64,000 nucleotides of DNA from Planctomycetota bacterium (GTDB lineage Bacteria > Planctomycetota > PLA2 > JAEUHO01). The stretch lies in assembly GCA_965222115.1 (NCBI GenBank), contig CBDCTJ010000007.1, forward strand, positions 1-64,000, written 5' to 3'. This document shows, piece by piece, positions 48,410-59,046 of the stretch. The notes under the pieces were generated by a model that had not been told where the DNA came from, ran no database searches, and saw only the letters and a program-made list of their open reading frames with translations. How positions within the stretch are numbered: the first letter of the stretch is position 1; each line of letters opens with the position of its first letter. The position numbers were made by a program, and so were the translations under genes.

Positions 48410-49072
48410 ATGCCGCTCAACTTGGATCGACTCGGCCAGCGTGTGATCGGCACGCTCATCGAAAAGGGCCTCACGGTCCCCGAAAGCTATCCTCTCACGC
48501 TCAATGCCTTGGTTGCCGGATGCAATCAAAAGAGCAATCGCGATCCCAAGATGCAGGTCGAGGACTACGAACTCGAAGGTGCGCTACGCAAACTCATGGA
48601 CGATGAATGGGTGATCCGCCGTGAACGCGCGGGATCACGCACGATGCGCTATTCCCATGCCGCCAAAACGCAACTCGGTGTGGAACGTGGCGAGTTGGCG
48701 ATCCTCTGTGAACTCTTATGTCGAGGACCCCAGGCACCCGGTGCACTCAAGACCCGCATTCAGCGCATGCACCACGTAGACAGTGTGGACGAGGTCGTCG
48801 ATTTGCTCCGTGGCATGGCATCACGGCCGGTGCCCTACGTGGTCGAACTTCCCAAGCGTCCGCGCGAAAAGGCCTGTCGCTGGATGCATCTTTTGGATGG
48901 TTCAACACCCGATGACGCGCGAAGCGCTGCGCCACAAGCCGAAACAACATCCGCATCGCCCGTAACAAGTACGCCGGCGCCACCGGCCCCTTCGCCAGAT
49001 GAACTCGATGCGTTGAAACAGCGGTTGGACGAACTCGAAGAACGCGTTCGTCATCTCGAAAACCGCGAATAA
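48410..49072 (+). CDS. DUF480 (YceH-like) protein
   Basis: RV.G.LIEK..T.PE.YPLTLNAL..GCNQKSNRDP.M, LLCRGPQ.PG.L. Confidence 0.9.
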   Translation: MPLNLDRLGQRVIGTLIEKGLTVPESYPLTLNALVAGCNQKSNRDPKMQVEDYELEGALRKLMDDEWVIRRERAGSRTMRYSHAAKTQLGVERGELAILCELLCRGPQAPGALKTRIQRMHHVDSVDEVVDLLRGMASRPVPYVVELPKRPREKACRWMHLLDGSTPDDARSAAPQAETTSASPVTSTPAPPAPSPDELDALKQRLDELEERVRHLENRE

Positions 49073-50878
49073 CTACATGAGCGCCAACATAATGAGCGTG
49101 CTGGTGGCCACCACAAGGCTCATGCCCACGCCTACGCGCACAAAATCACGCGTTTCATAACGCCCGGCGCCCTGCACCATCAGATTGCATTGGTGGGCAA
49201 AGGGAAAGATGAACGTACACGACGCACCAAACGCTACGGACAGGAACGCCTTGTGAGGAGGCATGCCCAGCGCTTCCGCCGCCTTCCATGCAACGGGCGC
49301 CAAAATCACGGCCGTGGCTACATTGTTGCTGGTCGTACTCAGTAGCGCAGCCAGCAGGTAGAGCGCCGCCAACACGCCGAGCGTTCCGAAGGGTCCTCGA
49401 AACGCCATCACGCCGCCAGCAACGTGTTCCGCCACACCGGTTTGGTCAAGTGCCAATCCAAGCGGCAGCGTACCGATGAGCAAGAACAACACCGTCCAAT
49501 TGATGGATTGACCGGCTTGTTGCGGCGTAATGCAACCTGTCAGCACCGTCAACATGCATGCGGGAATGACGCTAACGGCCAAGGGAAGCCACCCAACCAG
49601 CGGCGGAATGAGCGCAACACATACGGCGAGTATTGCAATCGGTGCAAGGCGATAGTCCTTCTCCATTCCCCCGGCGCCAAGTGCAATGAAGTCGGTCTGT
49701 TCACGGAGTCTTCGCACGCGATCCACGGGTCCGCTTACCAGGAGGGCGTCTCCCAAGCGCAAGGGCATGGTGGATATGCCAGACGTCTTCGGCGTATCGC
49801 CGCGCCAAATCGACACCACGTTCAACCCATAGTTTTTGCGAAACTCAAGCTCCTTGAGCGTCTTACCAATCGCACCCGAGCGTGGATCCAGCGTGATCTC
49901 GGCCAGCGTGCTTCCAAAGTGAATCAACCGACGCGCCGCCTCTTGACCAACCAAACCTACATCCACCGCTTGTTCGCGCGAAAACCGCTTGACGTCCTCA
50001 TCCGCACCTTCCACATACAAGCTAAGGCCGGGCTGCATCAACATGTCGGGGCGTGGATCGCGATACTTGTGACGAACCCCGCCGCGCCGACGAATCAACA
50101 CCACTTCGAGATTATACTCTTCGCCTATCTTGGCGTTGCGGAGCGACAATCCGCTCAGCTTGGAAGCTGCACTCACATCGGCTCGATAAAGATGGGAATC
50201 AAACCCATACGCCATGGCCAAATCTTCGGGACGCCGTGCGCTAGGCGTTTGGTCTTTGGCTTCCCGCTCGGGGAGCAGTTTCCCGCCCACAAATACCATG
50301 TAGAGCGTGCCCATAATGGCGACGGGCACGCCAACTGCAGAAAACTCGAATACACCAAAACCCTCAGCGCCTCGAGCACGCAGTAAGGAGTCGAGCACCA
50401 ACTGCGGGGCAGCGCCGATCAACGTCAACGTGCCGCCGAGAATGGTCGCGTAGGCCAGAGGCAACAACAACTTGGACGGCGCCATGCCGGTCCGTCGCGC
50501 CGAGAGTGCAATGGCGGGCAACAATACCGCGAGCGTGGCCGACGTGGACGCGAAGGCGCTCAACACAATCGACACCACCATGACGAGTACGAGCACACGA
50601 AACTCGCTGCGCCTGCCAAAGCGTTCAATACCATTGCCCATCATGGTGGCCACGCCGGTTGCTTGCAACCCGGCACTCAATACGTGGATCCCCGCCAGGG
50701 AAATGACGGCTACACTGCCAAAGCCCGCAAGTACCGATTCGGCCGGATGCACCACACCAAAGGCCGCCAACACAACCGGTATGCACAAGGCTGTTACCGC
50801 CAGAGGAATCGGTTTGGTGATAAACAGCACCATCGCGACGAAAAGCACTGCCACCGCGATCCATCCGTGCATGTCCAT
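49073..50878 (-). CDS. SLC13/DASS-family permease with TrkA-C domains
   Basis: SKLLLPLAYATILGG.LTLIG, two central RCK-C-like domains, SNNVATAVILAP, H.CNLMV.G.G.Y...DF.RVG. Confidence 0.88.
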   Translation of the reverse strand: MDMHGWIAVAVLFVAMVLFITKPIPLAVTALCIPVVLAAFGVVHPAESVLAGFGSVAVISLAGIHVLSAGLQATGVATMMGNGIERFGRRSEFRVLVLVMVVSIVLSAFASTSATLAVLLPAIALSARRTGMAPSKLLLPLAYATILGGTLTLIGAAPQLVLDSLLRARGAEGFGVFEFSAVGVPVAIMGTLYMVFVGGKLLPEREAKDQTPSARRPEDLAMAYGFDSHLYRADVSAASKLSGLSLRNAKIGEEYNLEVVLIRRRGGVRHKYRDPRPDMLMQPGLSLYVEGADEDVKRFSREQAVDVGLVGQEAARRLIHFGSTLAEITLDPRSGAIGKTLKELEFRKNYGLNVVSIWRGDTPKTSGISTMPLRLGDALLVSGPVDRVRRLREQTDFIALGAGGMEKDYRLAPIAILAVCVALIPPLVGWLPLAVSVIPACMLTVLTGCITPQQAGQSINWTVLFLLIGTLPLGLALDQTGVAEHVAGGVMAFRGPFGTLGVLAALYLLAALLSTTSNNVATAVILAPVAWKAAEALGMPPHKAFLSVAFGASCTFIFPFAHQCNLMVQGAGRYETRDFVRVGVGMSLVVATSTLIMLALM

Positions 50879-50887
50879 GCGGCGATG

Positions 50888-51535
50888 CTACTCCTTCGCT
50901 GCGTCAGACTTGAGGACGCGCTCGAGTCGAATCGCAAGTTCACTGAGCGCCATTGCGGTGGCACCCCAAACAGGAAACGGACCCAGATCCATATACGGCA
51001 CGGTGCGGGTCTTCCCTTGATGGGCCCGCACCTCTACGCGCCGACGATCGCTATTCAATAGGTCTTGGAGCGGAACGGGTTGGGTCTCAACGACTTCATC
51101 GTTGGGAGGTCCAAAGGTGGTTGGGGCAGGTCCGGTGGCAATGAATACATGCAGCCACGTGTGCGTCACCGGAATATAGACCGGCGTAAGCACCCCCAGT
51201 TGCCGCGGCCAGTCCAGAGGAAGCGCAATCTCCTCACAGGCTTCGCGAATCGCGGTTTTCCATAGCGACTCGCCCGCCTCAGGACGTCCTCCTGGTAGGG
51301 AAATCTGTCCCGCATGTTCCCGAAGTGAGCTGGCGCGACGCGTGAGTGGCAACAAGAGCGTGTCATTTGACGCATAGATATAGGCCAGCGCCGCTGCGGA
51401 GCGCGGGATGGGTCCGTCTTCGGGCGGCTTTTCTCGACCGGACGGTGAAAACGCGCGTTGCGCTGCGAGCCCATCCACGTGGCCCACGTCGAAAAGACGC
51501 TCGATATGTGCGAGATCGATGTTTGGAATCTCCAT
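50888..51535 (-). CDS. Nudix hydrolase, CoA pyrophosphatase type
   Basis: LTRRASSLREHAGQISLPGG, TAIREACEEI, WGATA. Confidence 0.9.
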   Translation of the reverse strand: MEIPNIDLAHIERLFDVGHVDGLAAQRAFSPSGREKPPEDGPIPRSAAALAYIYASNDTLLLPLTRRASSLREHAGQISLPGGRPEAGESLWKTAIREACEEIALPLDWPRQLGVLTPVYIPVTHTWLHVFIATGPAPTTFGPPNDEVVETQPVPLQDLLNSDRRRVEVRAHQGKTRTVPYMDLGPFPVWGATAMALSELAIRLERVLKSDAAKE

Positions 51536-51627
51536 GGTGGAGTTTCTACTCTCCGGTTCGGCAGGGTCGGAACGGGTCGGTAGACGCGCGCCGGTCAATA
51601 ATCTCACATCGCAAGACGGAGATCACC

Positions 51628-53106
51628 ATGTCCAAGATCCAGTATTCAGCAAGTCCCGCGGCAGCGTGGAAAACGGTCGAGGCCGTGCTCTTTCTCGCCC
51701 CCGAAGCCATGTGGAAGAACGGTTGGTTGGCCGATGTCTGCAGCGAAAGCTGGGCCACACCGCTCCATGCCCACGCGCGCGACGCCAAGTCGGGGAGCAA
51801 CGGCAAGTTGCTTCGTAGCCTCGGTGGCAAGGGTGAGCCCAAACACATCACGCTCGGTGTACTGCCCGACAAGCGTTCGCATCACAACACGCCCGCGCGC
51901 ACGGAAGCCATTCGCAGCTTGGTTGCCAAATCTGAGATTACGGGCCAGCGCAAGGCCGCCATCATCCTAGGGATTGACGATCCCGACTACACGCTCGCCG
52001 TCTTGCGCGGTGCCGTGTCTGCCTTGCCGATTCACACGCTTCGCGCCGATCCCAAGCCCAAGCCGTGTGCTATTCGCATTGCTGCGGCCGATAGCGACGG
52101 CGTGCGCCTCACCATTTCCAAACGCGATCGCACCACCGCCGACTTCTCGCGTTTTGCCGCGCAACTTGTGGACATGCCCACGGCCGACTTACACACACCC
52201 GACTTTGTGCGTCTAACGCGCCGCGCCGCGAAAGACATTCCTGGTTTGACCGTTTCGGTGATGTCGGGCAAAGAACTGCTCGACAAGAAGATGGGTGGCC
52301 TCCACGCCGTGGGTCGCACCGCCATTCATCCGCCCAAGCTCATGATTCTTCGTTATCGACCGGCAAAAGCCAAGCGTACCATAGCCTTGATTGGCAAGGG
52401 CATTGTGTATGACACCGGTGGTTTGAGCATCAAAGTGGGCAACAACATGCCCGGCATGAAATGCGACATGGGCGGTGCGGCGGCCGTAACGGGTGCCGCA
52501 CTTGCCCTCGCGGCAAACAAGCACAAGGATGCGATCGTTGCTGCCGTGGCCTTGGCGGAAAACGCCATTGGCCCCAACGCCTATCGACCCGATGACGTTC
52601 TCGAAATGCATTCCGGTCACAGCGTAGAGATTTACAACACCGATGCCGAAGGCCGACTCGTGCTTGCGGATGCGGCCTCCTATGCAGCGCGTAAGTTCAA
52701 GCCCGACGCCATCATCGACATGGCCACACTCACGGGCGCGCAACTCATTGCAACCGGCGTGCGCCATGCAGGCATTGTGAGCAATCGTCAAGGGCTTGAG
52801 AACGCTGCAGTTCGTGCTGGCAAGAAGAGTGGCGACCTGGTCTTCCCCATGCCCTTCGCGCCGGAGTTTTATCAAAGCAACTTCGCCAGCAAGATTGCTG
52901 ACATGAAGAACTCCGTGATCAATCGCATGGACGCGCAGTCCTCGTGCGCGGGGCAGTTCATCTACAACCACATTGACGATCTCGACATTCCGTGGCTGCA
53001 TGTGGATCTCGCCGGACCTGCGTTTCGCGATGAGCGCGGTACGGGCTTTGGTGTGGCCCTGGCTGCTCAGTTGCTTCAGGATTTGCAACGCGACGACTTA
53101 AAGTAA
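51628..53106 (+). CDS. M17 leucyl aminopeptidase family, NPEPL1-like
   Basis: GKGIVYDTGGLSIK, MK.DMGG, NTDAEGRLVLAD, ATLTGA, ADMKNS, TGFGV. Confidence 0.92.
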   Translation: MSKIQYSASPAAAWKTVEAVLFLAPEAMWKNGWLADVCSESWATPLHAHARDAKSGSNGKLLRSLGGKGEPKHITLGVLPDKRSHHNTPARTEAIRSLVAKSEITGQRKAAIILGIDDPDYTLAVLRGAVSALPIHTLRADPKPKPCAIRIAAADSDGVRLTISKRDRTTADFSRFAAQLVDMPTADLHTPDFVRLTRRAAKDIPGLTVSVMSGKELLDKKMGGLHAVGRTAIHPPKLMILRYRPAKAKRTIALIGKGIVYDTGGLSIKVGNNMPGMKCDMGGAAAVTGAALALAANKHKDAIVAAVALAENAIGPNAYRPDDVLEMHSGHSVEIYNTDAEGRLVLADAASYAARKFKPDAIIDMATLTGAQLIATGVRHAGIVSNRQGLENAAVRAGKKSGDLVFPMPFAPEFYQSNFASKIADMKNSVINRMDAQSSCAGQFIYNHIDDLDIPWLHVDLAGPAFRDERGTGFGVALAAQLLQDLQRDDLK

Positions 53107-53160
53107 TTCACGGAGATTCGACAGACCTTGTGGCGCTGAGCAACACGGAGACTTGTCCTC

Positions 53161-54504
53161 ATGACGCCCGACCCAGCATCGGCCAGTGCGCTTGAGCGAT
53201 TGCTTCGCGACGGGAGCGATGCCGATGTTGGGCGTTTCTTTCTGTTGCTTACGCCGCCCGAGATCGCCGACCTGCTTGAGACGTTAAGGAACGATGAAGA
53301 TCGCGCGCGCGCGTTTCGCGCCATTGTCTCGAAAGATCAGCCGCGTGTACTTCGTGGGCTGGAGGAGGGCGAGCGCGCGGGCCTTGTCGAGGAACTCGCG
53401 CCTGAGCGCGCCGCCGATCTCTTGGAAGCGTTGCGCACCGACGACGCAGCGGACGTCTTGCAAGAACTCGACGAATCCACCAAGGCCGATGTGTTGCAAC
53501 ATATTGAGCCGGAGGAACGCCGGGCGATTGAATGCGTCATGGACTACCCGCCGCAATCGGCGGGTGGCATCATGCAGACCGAACTCGTGCGTGTGAACGA
53601 CTTTCAAACAACGCGCGCTGCGGTCGAGGAAATTCGCCGCACGCGCGACAAAGTTGGTGAGCTCCACGAAGTCTTTGTTGTGGATCGCAACTCACGGCTC
53701 AAGGGTTGGATCAAAGCGCGTGATTTAATTCTCGCCGAAGACGACACATTGGTTGCATCCATCACGACGCCCGTGCCGGTGACCGTGCCGGTCACCGAAG
53801 ATCAAGAAGAGATTGCCTCCTTGGTGCAGGACTATGACGCCTCATCGGTGGCAGTCGTGGACCACGACGACCGACTTGTGGGTCGTATTCTGATCGACGA
53901 CATTGTGGACGTCTTGGAAGAAGAGGCCACGGAAGACATTGTGCGACTTGGCGGAACGGCGCCGGGCGAAATCTATGAACCGTCGGTAGGGATGGCGTTG
54001 CGCGCGCGATCGCCGTGGTTGGGAATCACCTTTCTCGGTGGCATTGCCGCGGCACTCATCATGGACGCGGGTGATGACTTGATCAAACACGCCGGTGCAC
54101 TGTTCGCGTTCGTCCCCGTCATATTGGGCATGGGCGGCGCATCCGCTACGCAAACGGCAACGGTCACAGTACGTAGTCTCGCCCTGGGGCGTATCAGCCC
54201 CGGTCAACTTGGCGCGGTGATCGGAAAGGAACTGCTGGTCGGCTTCGTACTGGCTATTGCCGTGGGGTCGTTGCTATTCCTTGTGACGCGTGTTGTGGAC
54301 GCCGATACAACCGTGGCATGGATCGCGAGCCTCGCCATGTTCGGCACGGTGTCATTCGGCACACTCTTTGGCGTGATTACCCCTCTCGTGCTCGACAAAT
54401 TTGGCGTGGACCCGGCCGTAGCCACCAGCCCGTTTGTCACAACGGTCAATGACCTGCTTGGTTCGGCGCTGATCTTGGGTCTCTGCTGGTTCGCCGCGAC
54501 GTAA
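53161..54504 (+). CDS. mgtE: Magnesium transporter MgtE
   Basis: MgtE_N (DDAADVL), CBS pair, DDIVDVLEEEATED, R.PWL, GMGG, DPAVATSPFVTTVND. Confidence 0.94.
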   Translation: MTPDPASASALERLLRDGSDADVGRFFLLLTPPEIADLLETLRNDEDRARAFRAIVSKDQPRVLRGLEEGERAGLVEELAPERAADLLEALRTDDAADVLQELDESTKADVLQHIEPEERRAIECVMDYPPQSAGGIMQTELVRVNDFQTTRAAVEEIRRTRDKVGELHEVFVVDRNSRLKGWIKARDLILAEDDTLVASITTPVPVTVPVTEDQEEIASLVQDYDASSVAVVDHDDRLVGRILIDDIVDVLEEEATEDIVRLGGTAPGEIYEPSVGMALRARSPWLGITFLGGIAAALIMDAGDDLIKHAGALFAFVPVILGMGGASATQTATVTVRSLALGRISPGQLGAVIGKELLVGFVLAIAVGSLLFLVTRVVDADTTVAWIASLAMFGTVSFGTLFGVITPLVLDKFGVDPAVATSPFVTTVNDLLGSALILGLCWFAAT

Positions 54505-54717
54505 GCGGGCCGAAATCGAGGCGCCCAATTCGACTCGCGTGCAGATTCGCTCTAAAGCCCAACCTTTTGGCCTTTCGAGTCTTCATCGTTTCAAGCAACA
54601 CGCACCCGATGCCGCTGCCCTCTTGGTAACCTGAGAGGGCATGCACGCCCCGTGGCAGTCGGACCGGCCCATGCCGGGGCGATGAGTTCTCCATGGAGGG
54701 CTCAGAAAGGAAGATCT

Positions 54718-55143
54718 ATGCGCAAACTTGGACTCTCGCTGTTTACCGCGGTTGCGGTCGGCGCTATGGCTTTGTGTGCGGCGCCGACTGCCGATGCCGC
54801 TCCTATCTCCGCCAAGATGCCCACCATGGACATCTCGATTGGCTTTGGGTACAGCACAGGCTATGGCTACGCACCACCAGCCTACGCACCGCCCGCGTAC
54901 TATGCACCCGCACCCGTCTATGCAGCACCCGTATACGCTGCGCCCGTGTACTACCCGCGTTATTACCGTCCGCGGTATTACCGTCCCTACTACCCGCGCT
55001 ACTACGCGCCATCGGTTAGCTTTGGCATTGGCTACTACGGTGGCAGTCGCGGCTACTACCGCGGTAGCCGTGGCTATTACCGTGGACGTGGTTGGCGTTC
55101 GCGCTCACGCGCCGGTGGACGTGTGATTGGCCGTCGTCGCTAA
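54718..55143 (+). CDS. Secreted Tyr/Pro/Gly/Arg-rich low-complexity protein
   Basis: Signal peptide (ADA), YAPPA/YAAPV repeats, YYRP and RGYY repeats; AGGA RBS. Confidence 0.75.
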   Translation: MRKLGLSLFTAVAVGAMALCAAPTADAAPISAKMPTMDISIGFGYSTGYGYAPPAYAPPAYYAPAPVYAAPVYAAPVYYPRYYRPRYYRPYYPRYYAPSVSFGIGYYGGSRGYYRGSRGYYRGRGWRSRSRAGGRVIGRRR

Positions 55144-55174
55144 GCGGCACGTCAAATCACTAGTCAAACGATTC

Positions 55175-55209
55175 AACAGGTCGGCAATCGCCGGCCTGTT
55201 TTCATTTTT
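55175..55209 (+). terminator. Intrinsic terminator
   Basis: AACAGGTCGGC-aatc-GCCGGCCTGTT then TTCATTTTT. Confidence 0.7.
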
Positions 55210-55332
55210 GGGTGTTTCTCGCGTGCGGCGTAGATGCGCGTGTCCGTTTCTTCGAAGTAACGAGCACGGTGCGAGGTTCTCTGACGACGCTAGCGCCCCA
55301 TTTCGGCCAAGGGTTGTGCTACGCTCGGAGGC

Positions 55333-57552
55333 ATGAAAACTGGCATCGTGTCGGCTGTGCTCTTGGCCGTGCCCGTGGCCATGATTTGGTTTGCGATGGT
55401 TCCGCGCAAATCAGCGTCGAAACACTCAATCGAGACGATCCACCGATCACAGACGCCTGCAAAGGCGAGTCCAGAACTCATCGAGACCGTGCTACGTGGC
55501 ACCAATATCATGCGCTGGCCGGTGCGAAATGAAGGACACGGCATGCCGCCGAATGGCAGCTTGGTTCTTCTACGTCAACACACTTCGGAGCATGATGGCA
55601 GCGTACCGTCGCGCGGCATCGTGCATGACGGCCACATCGTAGTCGCGGACTGGACTTCGGGATTTTGGCAAGCACGGGCCATCATCCCCGGCTTTGGCTG
55701 TGCGCTGCTTCGTGCCGTGGATCCGGGTAGACAGGGATCACCCGTCGCATTTCGACCACTGGGTTCGGTAACGGTTACGGTCAAGGCCATCACGGGCAAG
55801 CCTCTTCGCGGCGCGCGTGCCACAGTGCTTGAGACCCATGCACAGGGCATGAATCGTTTCGCTAAGACCGACGCGCAGGGTCGCGCTCACATTACCGATC
55901 TTTATAGCGGGCCCGATGCGATCGTCGCATGCCGTATTACGGGCTGGGGCAATCTACCAATCGACCGCACATTTCGAGACATTGACTTGCACATAGGAAA
56001 CGCGTCACTGGAACACATCGTTCCGGCGTTCGTTTCGATCCCACTCCACCTTCGAGTCACCGTGAATGGAGCGCCACCGCCAGCCGACTTTGATGAGCTA
56101 GCGAACATCTACATTCATCGCGCAGAGGATCCCAAGGCGAAGCAGGGCGATGATGACCAAGAGTCGTTGGAAGATGCACTCAGAGAGACACTTGAGAAGC
56201 GCGCTGACTATCCGCGGGGCAATCTGAACTGGCACGACGGGCAGCAGGTGCGGCTGCGCCCGGACAGTCACGGCGTATGTAGCTTTCGTATCACCGCATT
56301 CGCCAGTGCAAACCGCATTGAGCTGTCGTTGGAAAGCAGGCGGTATCGAGACCCAGACCTGAGCGCCTTTGAGATCAAGGACGATCAACCAGTCCAGGTT
56401 GAACTAGCGCTCGCAACCGAGGGTTCTGCGCACGTCCACGTACGCCCGCCCAAGGATGGCTTTCACTACATCACCCTTGAACGTTGGAACGACGACGCAG
56501 GCGCCTGGATGGTTGGACGTAGCCACAATGAGACGGTGGACGAGATCGTTCCCGATGCGCGTGGCCTAGCCATGTTTTGGGACCTCCCTGTCGGTCGCTA
56601 TCGCGCGGTCGATACGATTTCTCTAACTGCGTCGGCGCCGTTCGACGTGACCGCGGATGGTGGCGCTGCTAAGGCAGATCTCGATCTCAGTCAGTGCGGC
56701 TGGGCGCGCGGCGTGGTTGAAGTACCTGATGGCGGAGCGTTGGCAGCCGTACGGCTCCTCCGCAGCGACACCGTGGGCTACAAGTTCGCTATGCCGCACC
56801 GCAAATGGAAGCGTATGAGATTCAGTCGAGAAACAGGAGCGTTTCGTTGCCGCGTTCCAACGGGTCGCGCCATCGATCTCGCGGTGCGACATCCGATATT
56901 GAGCCCGCATCAAACGCAAGGATCCATTCGTATCGAGCAACCCGGAGATGACCACCGGCTTCAGCTTGTGCGCACGGCGGGTACGCTCCTTCGGTTTAGT
57001 GAACCCCTTCCTGAGCCATCCGACACACTTCGCGTGAGCAGACGACCCCGTCCCGAAGGTGCGCCCAACTGCCATGAGGTATCGCTAGTTTCACGTACGG
57101 GAGTTAGGAAGACCTCCGTCAGTTACCTCAACGCCGCTAGAGATACATTGGAGTTCGGCGCAGTGCCTACGGGCCAGTATACGATTGAGATCGACTCGCA
57201 AACAACGGCACCTATCATCGTTCCCAACGTAACGATTACCGACGGAATCAATGAGGTCGAAGATGTTCAGTGGTCACCCGGCGCCACGCTGCGCATCACA
57301 TTCACATACAGCGACTCGCGTTTGAAGAAAGAAACACCGATCCATCTACTGAGCCTCGATGCCACACCAATCAATCCGCCTCGGTTCAAGAGGTTTGGTA
57401 CGCTCACGCGTGACGGCGGCGAAATTCGTGGACTCGCTGCCGGTATGTACCGCGTATCATTTCGCGACATACTTGGCGAGCTCGATTCTCAGACCGAAGT
57501 TATCGAGTTTGACGGGAAGACAGAAATTAAGCGGAGCTTTCCCATTCGCTAG
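55333..57552 (+). CDS. Membrane-anchored protein with carboxypeptidase-regulatory-like beta-sandwich domains (paralog A)
   Basis: N-terminal TM; GSVTVTV..GKPLRGARA..TDAQGRA, LPVGRYR, VPTGQYTI, GLAAGMYRV. Confidence 0.7.
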   Translation: MKTGIVSAVLLAVPVAMIWFAMVPRKSASKHSIETIHRSQTPAKASPELIETVLRGTNIMRWPVRNEGHGMPPNGSLVLLRQHTSEHDGSVPSRGIVHDGHIVVADWTSGFWQARAIIPGFGCALLRAVDPGRQGSPVAFRPLGSVTVTVKAITGKPLRGARATVLETHAQGMNRFAKTDAQGRAHITDLYSGPDAIVACRITGWGNLPIDRTFRDIDLHIGNASLEHIVPAFVSIPLHLRVTVNGAPPPADFDELANIYIHRAEDPKAKQGDDDQESLEDALRETLEKRADYPRGNLNWHDGQQVRLRPDSHGVCSFRITAFASANRIELSLESRRYRDPDLSAFEIKDDQPVQVELALATEGSAHVHVRPPKDGFHYITLERWNDDAGAWMVGRSHNETVDEIVPDARGLAMFWDLPVGRYRAVDTISLTASAPFDVTADGGAAKADLDLSQCGWARGVVEVPDGGALAAVRLLRSDTVGYKFAMPHRKWKRMRFSRETGAFRCRVPTGRAIDLAVRHPILSPHQTQGSIRIEQPGDDHRLQLVRTAGTLLRFSEPLPEPSDTLRVSRRPRPEGAPNCHEVSLVSRTGVRKTSVSYLNAARDTLEFGAVPTGQYTIEIDSQTTAPIIVPNVTITDGINEVEDVQWSPGATLRITFTYSDSRLKKETPIHLLSLDATPINPPRFKRFGTLTRDGGEIRGLAAGMYRVSFRDILGELDSQTEVIEFDGKTEIKRSFPIR

Positions 57553-57588
57553 CAAGACCGCCCTTTGCAATCTGATAGACTGGCAGGC

Positions 57589-59046
57589 ATGAGGGCGGGC
57601 ATCCTATCGGTCATTCTTTCGGCCATCGTGTTGGCCATCACGTGGATGGGTATTCAGTACGGCTTCGTACCGATCCGAGATACCGCACGCACGAACGCAT
57701 CATCGACGCGGTACGGCGTCACCGATGAGTCGGTCGGTCCAGACATGGCGAGTTCGGCATTGATCGAAACGACGCTACGTGACGAAGGCGCCGTGCGTTG
57801 GCCGATCGTCAACGGAGGACACGGCATACCGCCCAATGGGTGCCTCGTGCTTTTGAGCGACCATCGAACAAGCGAGTTCGCGACTTTGCCATCGAGTGGT
57901 ATTGTGCACGATGGCCACGTCGTCGTGCCTGCATGGCCGCGTGAGATTCAGTACGCCCGGGCAATGATTCGAGGCTTTGGCTGCGCGCTTCTTGAAATAA
58001 ATGAACAGGCAACTGCGGCAAAGCCGGTGTCCTTTCGACCGTCCGGATCCGTGTTCGTAACCGTGCGGGACACTGCGGGTGTGCCGCTATCGGGCGTGCG
58101 CGTTTCGCTGTTCGAGCGCTATACGCTCGGCACCGCCTTCATGACCAGAACCGATGGCCAAGGACGCGCTCGAATATCAGATCTTTACAATGGGCCGGGT
58201 GCCCGGGTGGAGTGCCGTCTTACGGGATGGGGCAACTTGCCCATTAGTAAGCGTTTTAGGAACATCAAGCTTGATGAGGGCGACGCCGTCATTGAGCATG
58301 TCGTCCCTAAGGTTGTGACTCTTACGGTTTCACTCGACGTAACTACCAACGGCCATGTTCCATCGCGCGCTTTTACGGAACTCGCCGACGTGTATGCCTA
58401 TCGCAGTGAGGAAACCAAAGGCACCGTCGAACACGCCCTGAGAAAGGCGCACAAGTTGTATAGAGAGCGGCTTCGCTCGGTCGGCAGGTCGTTTCCTCTG
58501 GAGACGGACGTCGAGCAATTGGAGCGACTGCGCAACGTATTCGATGATTTCGGTGGATTGGACCGAATCCTCAGGGCGCGCGGCGGAGCCGTCGTACAAC
58601 TGCGACCCGATACAGACAGTGTATGCACGTTCAAGGTGCGCGCATTCGAGACGGCCGACCGGCTGCGCGTCGTCGTTCAACATGACCAATACATGTTGCC
58701 GGAGCCGTGTGATGTGGCGCTCGATGGGAAACGCCACGTACGCGCCCGCCTTGGACTCGCCACGATGGGTGTTGTCCGCGTACACGTTTCGTTACCGGAC
58801 GACGAAGAGCACGGGCTCGTACTTGAACGCTGGAATGTCGATAACGAGGAGTGGGAGGTGTGGACAGGTTCGGAGGGTTTGAATCGCCACCCGATCCGAG
58901 CCGAACGAGGCAAGGTCGCTACGTTTTGGGATGTGCGGGCGGGGCGATATCGGGCTGCCGACGCCTTGTCGGGCAAGCACTCTGCCCCGTTCCAGGTCAA
59001 CACGGTGGAGCGCCCCATCACGGTCGCTCTAGATCTGAGTGAGTGA
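57589..59046 (+). CDS. Tandem paralog B of 55333-57552, C-terminally truncated (possible pseudogene)
   Basis: Shares RWP..NxGHGxPPNG.LVLL, GIVHDGH, GFGCALL, CR.TGWGNLPI, FWD..GRYRA.D; ends at LDLSE where A continues LDLSQCGWARG. Confidence 0.7.
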   Translation: MRAGILSVILSAIVLAITWMGIQYGFVPIRDTARTNASSTRYGVTDESVGPDMASSALIETTLRDEGAVRWPIVNGGHGIPPNGCLVLLSDHRTSEFATLPSSGIVHDGHVVVPAWPREIQYARAMIRGFGCALLEINEQATAAKPVSFRPSGSVFVTVRDTAGVPLSGVRVSLFERYTLGTAFMTRTDGQGRARISDLYNGPGARVECRLTGWGNLPISKRFRNIKLDEGDAVIEHVVPKVVTLTVSLDVTTNGHVPSRAFTELADVYAYRSEETKGTVEHALRKAHKLYRERLRSVGRSFPLETDVEQLERLRNVFDDFGGLDRILRARGGAVVQLRPDTDSVCTFKVRAFETADRLRVVVQHDQYMLPEPCDVALDGKRHVRARLGLATMGVVRVHVSLPDDEEHGLVLERWNVDNEEWEVWTGSEGLNRHPIRAERGKVATFWDVRAGRYRAADALSGKHSAPFQVNTVERPITVALDLSE

